Source of the DNA: Myxococcales bacterium
GTDB lineage: Bacteria > Myxococcota_A > UBA9042
DNA: 41,482 nt
Direction: 5' to 3'
Assembly (NCBI GenBank): GCA_037441385.1
Contig: JBBISH010000048.1
Coordinates: forward strand, 1 to 41,482
Shown: one piece after another, positions 33,817 to 41,482 of the stretch
Numbering within the stretch: the stretch's first letter is position 1
How the letters are laid out: each line of letters opens with the position of its first letter
The notes under the pieces: model-generated
Told to the model about the DNA's origin: nothing
Database searches by the model: none
Seen by the model: only the letters and a program-made list of their open reading frames with translations
Made by a program: the position numbers and the translations under genes

Positions 33817-36800
33817 TCAGAGAGTCTTGCTGTCCAAGCGGCCCAGCGTCTCGCGCGCGGCAGCCAACGCTGCAGCTTGGCCGGTCTTTTCGGCGTGCAG
33901 CACGGCCTGTTTGGCGGCCAGACGCGCACCCTCAACCTGGCCCAAGTCGTGCAGAGCGAGCGCCTGCAGGCGCAGCGTCTCGGCCAAGACTTCCAGGCGC
34001 CCGACGCGGCGCTGGGCCTTCTCGCTGTCGCGCAGCAGCTGCAGCGCCTCGCCTGGGCGCCCCAAATCCAGCAGCACGTTGCCCAAGTTGGTCTGTGCGG
34101 TAGCGGCACCCAGGGAGTCGTCCAGGTTTTCGCAGCGCCGCCAGACCCGGCGATAGACCACCTCGGCATCCGCCAACTGCTTGCTGCGCCAGGCCAAATT
34201 GCCCAGCGACAGCTCGGCCATGGCCGCCGCGGCGCCGTCGCCCGCTTCGTCGAAGGCGTGCTGAGCGCGCAGGTAGTTGAGCTCGGCCAGTGCGTGCTCG
34301 CCGCGTCGCGCCGCGGTGTGCCCAAGCCAGGTGTGCAGACGACCGATGCCCAGCAAAAGCTCGCGTTCGCCGTGGGTTTCGCGCCCTGCCGTCTCTTCAA
34401 GCGCCCGCCGCGCCAGTTCCTCGGCCTCGGCCTGTCGCCCGCAACGGAGCAGCACCATCGCCACCAGACTCAAGGCGAAGATCATCGCGCCAAAGCCCGT
34501 ACCGGTGTGCCGCGCGTCGTCGACCGCCAGCCGCAGCGCCGCCAGAGCGTCGTCGGGTTTGCCCAAACTGTCCAGGATCTGGCCGCGAACGCAGCGCGCT
34601 CGCACCCGCTCGCTGGCCAGGTCGTCGCGGTCGCCAGCCGCCGCGATCGCAGCCTCGGTCGCTTCCAGCGCGGCCGCCAATTCGCCAATGCGGAAGCCCG
34701 TTTCTGCTTGCCCAACGCGCGCGCGAACTAAGGCCGCCTGCGAAGCAGGATCGCCCTGTGCCCGCCAGCCCTGTGCCACTTCGGCCGCCAGCGCGTAGGC
34801 GTCGAAACCATCGCGCGTGGCAAAGGCGCGCACGGCTTGATCGGCATTGCGCAACAGATGGCGGACCGCCTCTTCGGCATCGCCGGCCTGCAAGTGGTGA
34901 TGCGCCAAGCGCGCACCCAGGCTCGGCGGCCGCGCGCCCGGCCAACCTTCGAGCCACAGGGCCGCGCGCCGGTGTGACTGTTGCAGGGCCTGCCGCGGCA
35001 TCGCGGCCAGCAGCAACTCGCCCAAGGTGGCGGGCCGGAGCGACCATTCGCGGTGACCGGCATAGGTCTGGGTACGGTTCTCGACCAACAGGCCGGCCTG
35101 TACCAGGCGATCGGTCTCGCTGGGCCGGATCTCGCGCTGCAGCAAGGCTGCCAGCATCCCGCGCGGCGCCGTTCCGCCGGCCACCGCCACCGCCTCGAGC
35201 AAAGAGCGTTCGCTGGGCGCCAGGCGGCCGACGCGCCGCATCAGCAGCTCGGCCAGCGATCGCGCAAGCAGTTGATCCAGGTCGGACTCGCCATGCCAAA
35301 CCCACTGATCTTCCACAAGTTGCAGGCGTTCTTCGTCGACCAGCGTGTCGATGGCCTGCTCGATCCGGCCAGGCAAGCCCTCGCCAAAGCGATGCAGCGC
35401 GGTGGCCAAGCCATGGGGCACCGGATACCCGCCGCACAGCGCTTCGACCAGCTCGGCCGTCTCGTCGCTTTCCAAGCGCTCGAGGTCGACGGTCACCACC
35501 CGCGACGGCGGCAGCTGCAGGGCCTGCAGCACCGGATCGGCAAGGTCTGGGCGCAGCGGCAAGATCAGCGCCAACGGCAAGTCGGCGCACGACCGCGCCA
35601 AGTGGGCCAGCAGTTGGAGCAGCATCGGCTTGGCGTATTGCAGGTCCTCCACGACCAGCGCCATGGGCTGTTGGCGGCACAGGCCGCGCACGACCGCGAC
35701 CCAAGCTTCAAAGGCAGCGGCAAGTTCGGCATCGCTCGCCGGCCGTGGCGCTTGGGCCTCGCTGGCGTCGGCGTCGTCCATCCCCAACATCCGCAGCAGC
35801 GCCTGGGCGCGCCGAGCCGAGCGCTCGGAGTCGTCTTCGTGGATGCCGGGCAAGCGCGACACACGCAGCGCAACGGTCTCGTCTTCGGTCGACACCACCG
35901 CGTCGCGAACCAGGCCAGCCAGCGGCTGCCACCCACTGGGCACACTGAGCGGACTGCAGCGCACCAGCTCAAAACGCCAGCGATCATCCGTGGTTTCAAG
36001 GCGTCGCAGCAGCTCGCCCAACATCCGCGACTTGCCGACCTCGCTGGGCCCCACCACCGCCACCGTCAGCAGCCCTTGATCGCGCCGTACACGCCGGCAG
36101 GCCCGCTGCGCCACCGCCAACTCGGCCGCGCGCCCCACGAACGGCCGCGCAGGGTCGCGGTTCATGTAGTCGCCCAGGGCCTGCAGTGCATCGCGGCGCC
36201 GCAGAACTTGGCGCTGCCGGCCATCGCCACGCACCTCGAACAGGCCGCGGCAATCGCGCCAGGCCCCGTCGCCCACCACGACCGTGCCGGGCTGGGCTTT
36301 TTGGCAGGCCGCGCGCGCCCGTTCGACCACATCGCCGGCCAAAAGCGTCATGCCCCAGGTGATGCCCGTGCCGCGGCTGACCAGCGCCCCCACATCGACG
36401 ACCGCGCGCAGACTGGCCGCGGCGGTGGCGGGGTGGCGCGCGGTCATGGCCAGCGCCGCGTCGACCGCCCGAGCGGTGTCGCCCTCGCGCATGCCGCCCA
36501 AACCGAATACGGCCACAGCGTCGCTACCGATCAGCGCCAAGGTGCGGCCACCTTCGCGCGCCACGGCGGTCACAAAGGTCTCTGCCAACTCGGCCAGTTG
36601 CGCGCCCTGCACGTCGCCCAGTCGGGCCAGCAGCAGCGCGGCGCTCGATGGCCGCAGCGCACCCAAGACCGACGACGACGAACTGGGCCCCTGCAGCAGC
36701 GACGCGCCGCAGACTTCACAATCGTAGCGCTCGCCAGCGCGCTCGGTGCCACAGGCCGAGCAGTGCTCCGCCGGTACCGCGCTGCCACAGTGGACGCAAA

Positions 36801-37731
36801 ACCCGCCGCCAGTCGCGGTGTTGCCGCAGCCCGGACAATGACTACTGTCGCCGTCGGCGCTCCAATTGGTCCGACCCAGGGCCCGGTCGAGCGCCAGTGC
36901 GAATTCGGTCACGCTGCCATGGCGATCTTCGGGGCGTTTGCTCAGGGCCCGGCGCAGCTCGCGGTCGACCGCCGCCGGAATCGAGCGCGCCTGCTCGGGC
37001 GTCAGCGGCGGCGGCTCGTCGATCAGGTGGGCGATGAGCATCGCCTGCATGGTCTCGCGCTGATACGGCAGGTGGCCGGTCAGCATCTGATAGAACATCA
37101 CCGCAAGAGCATACAGATCGGCGCGCCCGTCGACTTTTTGCGCTTGGATCTGCTCGGGCGCCATGTAGGCCGGCGTGCCCAAGATGGCGGTGTCGCGCGT
37201 GACCACATTCGAGTCGCTGCTGACCATCGAGCGTGCCAGGCCAAAATCGGCAACTTTGGCGAGCACTGCACCGGTGGCCAGGGTGCGCAGCAGCACGTTG
37301 CCCGGCTTGATATCGCGATGGACGATGCCCAAGGCGTGCGCCTCGGCAAGGCCAGCCGCGATCTGGCGCGTCAAATCGACCGCGATTTCGACCGACAGCG
37401 CCCCCTCTTGCAGCATCGCCTCCAGGCTGCGGCCCTCGACGTACTCCATGACCAGGTACCAAGTCTCGGCATGGCGACCAAAGGCGTGGATCCCGACCAC
37501 GTTGGGGTGCAACACCCGCGACAAAGCGCGCGCCTCGCGGCGAAAACGCGCCTCGGCCTCTTCACTTGCGGCAATCTCGGCGTGCAGCAGCTTGATCGCC
37601 ACCAAGCGGTCCAGGCGCAGGTCGCGCGCCAGGTACACTTGCCCCATGCCGCCGCCGCCCAGCGAGCGCTCGACCACATAGCCGTCGCCAAGCGTAGCTC
37701 CGGGCGCGAGGATAGGGGTAACGGTGGGCAT
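33817..37731 (-). CDS. Ser/Thr protein kinase with zinc ribbon, degenerate cyclase-like domain, STAND ATPase and TPR repeats
   Basis: GGGGMGQVY, VAIK, HRDIKPGN, DFG, YMAPEQ; CxxC x4; FVGRAAEL, GPSEVGKS, LVVEDLQ; helical repeats. Confidence 0.88.
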   Translation of the reverse strand: MPTVTPILAPGATLGDGYVVERSLGGGGMGQVYLARDLRLDRLVAIKLLHAEIAASEEAEARFRREARALSRVLHPNVVGIHAFGRHAETWYLVMEYVEGRSLEAMLQEGALSVEIAVDLTRQIAAGLAEAHALGIVHRDIKPGNVLLRTLATGAVLAKVADFGLARSMVSSDSNVVTRDTAILGTPAYMAPEQIQAQKVDGRADLYALAVMFYQMLTGHLPYQRETMQAMLIAHLIDEPPPLTPEQARSIPAAVDRELRRALSKRPEDRHGSVTEFALALDRALGRTNWSADGDSSHCPGCGNTATGGGFCVHCGSAVPAEHCSACGTERAGERYDCEVCGASLLQGPSSSSSVLGALRPSSAALLLARLGDVQGAQLAELAETFVTAVAREGGRTLALIGSDAVAVFGLGGMREGDTARAVDAALAMTARHPATAAASLRAVVDVGALVSRGTGITWGMTLLAGDVVERARAACQKAQPGTVVVGDGAWRDCRGLFEVRGDGRQRQVLRRRDALQALGDYMNRDPARPFVGRAAELAVAQRACRRVRRDQGLLTVAVVGPSEVGKSRMLGELLRRLETTDDRWRFELVRCSPLSVPSGWQPLAGLVRDAVVSTEDETVALRVSRLPGIHEDDSERSARRAQALLRMLGMDDADASEAQAPRPASDAELAAAFEAWVAVVRGLCRQQPMALVVEDLQYAKPMLLQLLAHLARSCADLPLALILPLRPDLADPVLQALQLPPSRVVTVDLERLESDETAELVEALCGGYPVPHGLATALHRFGEGLPGRIEQAIDTLVDEERLQLVEDQWVWHGESDLDQLLARSLAELLMRRVGRLAPSERSLLEAVAVAGGTAPRGMLAALLQREIRPSETDRLVQAGLLVENRTQTYAGHREWSLRPATLGELLLAAMPRQALQQSHRRAALWLEGWPGARPPSLGARLAHHHLQAGDAEEAVRHLLRNADQAVRAFATRDGFDAYALAAEVAQGWRAQGDPASQAALVRARVGQAETGFRIGELAAALEATEAAIAAAGDRDDLASERVRARCVRGQILDSLGKPDDALAALRLAVDDARHTGTGFGAMIFALSLVAMVLLRCGRQAEAEELARRALEETAGRETHGERELLLGIGRLHTWLGHTAARRGEHALAELNYLRAQHAFDEAGDGAAAAMAELSLGNLAWRSKQLADAEVVYRRVWRRCENLDDSLGAATAQTNLGNVLLDLGRPGEALQLLRDSEKAQRRVGRLEVLAETLRLQALALHDLGQVEGARLAAKQAVLHAEKTGQAAALAAARETLGRLDSKTL

Positions 37732-38035
37732 GCGGGCGGGGCTCCGGCAGGGCGCGCGCACGATAGCACGGCGCCGGCAGCCGGCACAAAGCACTGGGCC
37801 GGACGTGCCCCAGCAACCCGACGCAGGCATGGTCAACGCGCACCGATGTGGTACGCTCGCTGCCGATTCGGCGCATCGGCAAGTCGATCGAGGGCAGAGG
37901 CCACACCAAATCCTTGGAATTCGGTTCAAACCGCCTGGGGATTCTCTGGGCGCGAACCACGGACTCTGCCTCCTTTCTGGCCGCTGCCCATCGCCTGGCA
38001 GGCCCTTCATGCGTGAATTCGTTGGGGTTGGTATC

Positions 38036-39676
38036 ATGGCACGCTTTCGCTACATCGTCGCAGGGCTGGCAGTCGCCGTCGCGGCAGGACCGTGCACCGC
38101 TTGGGCCGAACTGGTCCCCGCCGTCGACGCCGCGGCATCGGCCACGCCATCGGCGCTTCCGGCCGAGATTTCGCCCAGTTTTGAGCAGCCGGCGGCCCCC
38201 GTGGCGGAGCCACCGGTGGCCCGAGTGAACGGCCCGCGCATGGTGGTCGAAGAGCGCGCCGAGCCCGAAACCCCAGGATGGCACCACGCCTTTGACCTGA
38301 CGGCCCGTCTGCTGGCCGATGGAGTCAGCGCCATCGAGACCCTGGGCCCGCTGGCGACCGACCTGCGCCGCACCAGCGGCCCGGCCCAGATGGATTACCG
38401 CAGCCGCGCCGGTGGCAAAGTGCTGTGGATTGGCGACGGCTTCGTTCGCCGGGCCGAGGGCCGGGTAGAAGTAGAGTTCCGCCGGAGCGACCTGAACACG
38501 CCCGAGACCGACCTGAACGGCACGCAACTGCGCCGCGGCGGCGTGGAACTAACGACGGGCGCCGGTCGCTTCACCGTGGGTCGCACCGTGTCGCAGTGGG
38601 GCCTGGGCCTGGTGGCCAATGACGGCAGCGACGACCCGCTGCAGTTTGGCGGCAAGCGGGGTGGACACACCGTCACCCGGCTGGGCTGGGCGATCCTGCC
38701 GGCGGCGCTGTTCCAGGCCGGCGACCCCACTGCGGCGTTTCCGCTGGCCTTGGCGCTGGGTTACGACTGGGTTGGCCGAGACGACTTGGCCAACCGCAGC
38801 GGCGACAGTGCCCACAATGCGCTGGCCGCCCTGCTGTATCAAGGCAGCATCCTTCACGCGGGCGTGTACGGCGTCCTTCGCGACCAGCGCGATGCCTTGG
38901 GGCTGAACACCGAGGCCAAGATCCTCGACGGCTTTGTGCGCTGGCGCGTCGACGCCCAGCAAGGCCGCTACGCCCTTTTGGCCGGCGAGGGCGCGCTGAT
39001 CCAGGGCCACACCGGCTGGATGAAGACCGTGGGCAACAGCGATGGCTTGGACATCAAGCAGTTTGGTGGTGTCGCCCGCGTCGAGTTGGGCTCGCCGTTC
39101 TGGTCGACACGCATCGAGGCCGGGATCGCCAGCGCGGACGCCCGCCCGCTGGACGGCACCTTGCGCAACTTCCGCTTTGCCAGCGACTACCACGTGGGCT
39201 TGGTGCTTTTCCCACAGGTGCAGCGCGCCATGGCCGACAACGCCGCAGCCAACCTGGGCGATCCCAAGTACAGCGCCTACCCGCCGGCCGGCGTGGAGCG
39301 TCTGGCGACCGGGGGCGCGGTGACCCAGGCCAGCTACATCCACCCGGTGGTGCGCTGGCAAGTTTCGCCGATGGCCGCGGTGCTGCTGGGCGGTCTGTGG
39401 GCCGAGTCGCCCAGCGCGGTCGCCGACCCCTACCGCACCTGGCTGGCGGGCGGCCGGCCGACCGGGCCGCGCGGGGGCGTGGGCTCGCGCGACCTGGGCA
39501 TGGAGTTCGATGCTGGGCTGGAAACGGTCCACGGCACAGCCAGTTGGCTGCAGTTGGTCGCGCGGCTGGACGCGGGCGTCTGGTTCCCGGGCGCCGCCTT
39601 CAACGACGCCGACGGCCGACCGATGGCCGCCGTGGGGGCTTGGCAAGGCACATTGCTGCTGCGAAGCCAGCTGTAA
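38036..39676 (+). CDS. Probable outer-membrane beta-barrel protein (myxobacterial type)
   Basis: Signal peptide; WGLGLVANDG; amphipathic strands; DLGMEFD...G.WFPG.AF near the C-terminus. Confidence 0.65.
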   Translation: MARFRYIVAGLAVAVAAGPCTAWAELVPAVDAAASATPSALPAEISPSFEQPAAPVAEPPVARVNGPRMVVEERAEPETPGWHHAFDLTARLLADGVSAIETLGPLATDLRRTSGPAQMDYRSRAGGKVLWIGDGFVRRAEGRVEVEFRRSDLNTPETDLNGTQLRRGGVELTTGAGRFTVGRTVSQWGLGLVANDGSDDPLQFGGKRGGHTVTRLGWAILPAALFQAGDPTAAFPLALALGYDWVGRDDLANRSGDSAHNALAALLYQGSILHAGVYGVLRDQRDALGLNTEAKILDGFVRWRVDAQQGRYALLAGEGALIQGHTGWMKTVGNSDGLDIKQFGGVARVELGSPFWSTRIEAGIASADARPLDGTLRNFRFASDYHVGLVLFPQVQRAMADNAAANLGDPKYSAYPPAGVERLATGGAVTQASYIHPVVRWQVSPMAAVLLGGLWAESPSAVADPYRTWLAGGRPTGPRGGVGSRDLGMEFDAGLETVHGTASWLQLVARLDAGVWFPGAAFNDADGRPMAAVGAWQGTLLLRSQL

Positions 39677-39756
39677 CTGGCACCATGAAGAAGCACGGCC
39701 ACCGTGCGCGCCGTCTGGCAAGTCTGTTCGCGCTTCCCGCTGGGAGAACCACCATC

Positions 39757-41482
39757 ATGCGCAACTTATTGACTCTGTGCACAATCACCGCCGTACTGGC
39801 CGGGTGCACCAGCTTCTTCGAGCCCGAGAGCAGCGAACCCTACGGCTTGGCCCAGGCCGACAAGAGCACGCCGGGCCCGCAAGTGGTATTCGACCCGCTG
39901 CGGTTGCCCCAGCCCGAAATCCCCTTCCCCAACGATTTGGCCCTGCGCCGGCGCAGCGACGGTGGCACGTTCGTCAACGTCAGCAACCAGAGCGAAACAC
40001 GGGTGGATCGGCTCAACCGCGAGCACTTGGACGACATCGACGGCTTCTCGGGCCTGTCGCCGATCCAGGTCGCCTTTGACGGGCCGGTCGATCTGACCAC
40101 CGTGACCGACAACAGCGTGTTCGTGGTCAATATTCAGCCGGGGAGCGCGCGCTTTGGCGAGCGCTTGCCGCTGGATTTGGGTCGCGGCTGGTTCCCGCAG
40201 ACCGCGGTGCCGCACGCGTACTTCCCGCGGGATCCGTACGCCAAGTTCGATAGTTTCATCATGCCGCCGACAACAAGGTCGACAGCGACGGCGACGGCGC
40301 GCCCGACAAGTGGGTGTACCACTACGAAGTGGAGACCCACACGCTGGATATCCGCCCGCTGATGCCGCTGCAGGCCGGCGCGCAGTACGCGGTGGTGGTC
40401 ACCACGGACATCAAGGGCTGGGACGCCAAGGGGCGCTACGGGCCGATCCGCTCGCCCTTTGACATCGTCAACCACGACACGCAGACGCAGGACTTGCGGC
40501 GGGCGCTGCCGTCTCTGGCCCAGGCCGGCATCCAGCCCAAGGACATCGCTTTTGCCTGGACGCTGACCACCGGCGACCTGTCGCGCACCTTCCGCGCCCT
40601 GCGCGACGGTCTATACGGCAAGGGCAGCTTTGCCTGGCTGGACAAGGAGTTCCCGGCCAAGATCGGCGCCGTGTACGACATGGGCATTTCCTTTGACGGC
40701 GACGGCACCTATGGCGCCCTGGGCGCTCCGCCCTACCCCAAAGTGGCGTGGGACAGCACCTGGGTCTTGCAGGGCGCGTACATGCAGCAAATCGTCAAGT
40801 TCATTGGCAGTTTTGTGCCGGCCGGCGGCTTTGACCACGTCAGTCACCTGGTGTTCGGCGACTTTGACACCGTCAACCTGCGCGCCACGCCCGACAACGT
40901 GTGGAAGTTGGACGTGCAGACCGGGGCGATTCAGGCCGACAAGGCCAAATTCCACGAGAAAGTACCGTTCATGTTGATCGTGCCCAAGACGACCGAGCAG
41001 CACAAACCGCCGTTCCCCGTCGTGGTCTACGCCCACGCCACCGGCACTTCGCGGGTCGAGTGCCTGCTGATGGCCGACCGGCTGGCGCAGGCCGGCATTG
41101 CGGTGTTCTCGATCGACGCGGTGGGCCACGGTCCGGTGCTGACCGATCCGATCAAGATGATTTCGGAAAAAGGCGCCTCGTTCATGCCGGTCATCCGCTC
41201 GCTGCTGCCGCAGCTCATCTACACCGACTACGCGACGCGCTTCCCGGCCAGCATGAGCGACGACGACGTGTTCAAAGAGTTGATGAAGAACGGCTTTATC
41301 CAGCAGCTGGCCGTCAAGGGCCGCGCCACCGACGACGACGGCAACTGCAACAAAGAGGGCGGCGAGGCCTACTACGCGCCCAACGCGTTCCGCTTGCGCG
41401 ACGCCATGCGCCAGACGACCTTGGACTACATCGTGGCGGTGCGGATGTTGCGCTCGCTGACCGCGGCCAACGTGCCCACGCC
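39757..41482 (+). pseudogene. Lipase-like alpha/beta-hydrolase lipoprotein with a 1-nt frameshift near 40266 (runs off the right edge)
   Basis: Lipobox LAGC, IPFPND, DGFS in frame 1; continues in frame 3 from 40269 (DNKVDSDGDG...PVVVYAHATG...IDAVGHG) with no stop to the end. Confidence 0.75.

Noticed and set aside
37915..37975. Cobalamin riboswitch or tRNA-like element upstream of the barrel gene
   Set aside because: Only GGAATTCGGTTCAAACCG is reminiscent; the B12 box and cloverleaf are missing
3315..38016. Long antisense or alternative-frame ORFs (e.g. 3315-4961, 5999-8083, 21805-23418, 34981-38016)
   Set aside because: Shadow ORFs expected in high-GC DNA opposite well-supported genes; no recognisable motifs
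1..41482. Local G/C skew changes as evidence of an origin or terminus
   Set aside because: By eye they track gene ends and expression level; they cannot be judged without whole-genome computation

Overview
High-GC bacterial chromosomal segment. Its gene content (type IV pilin with a sigma54 promoter and PilR, Cys-rich and other lipoproteins, a Ser/Thr kinase-STAND-TPR protein) suggests a Myxococcota/deltaproteobacterial genome; this is an inference. About 32 CDS are supported. Housekeeping genes are miaB, rpsA, lpdA, glgC-glgA and rsmD-queA. The window also holds pilR-pilA, an orphan D12-class adenine methyltransferase, a GH36 glycosidase, a radical SAM/GMC oxidoreductase pair, a 706-aa protein with a C-terminal copy of the pilin domain, and a frameshifted lipase-like lipoprotein at the right edge. 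I saw no rRNA, tRNA, CRISPR array, transposase or integrase. The main unexplained signal is a dispersed motif with core ATCTGACACAAGGGTGC. It has three identical copies, one 16/17 copy and one 14/17 copy, all in the left 17 kb. Each copy sits in an AT-rich island, and two are embedded in coding sequence using rare codons. A dif-like Xer site lies at 461-488. Other oddities are 5'-3' complementarity around the methyltransferase gene and chains of hairpins downstream of pilA and rpsA. All calls come from reading the sequence by eye; no database searches were run.
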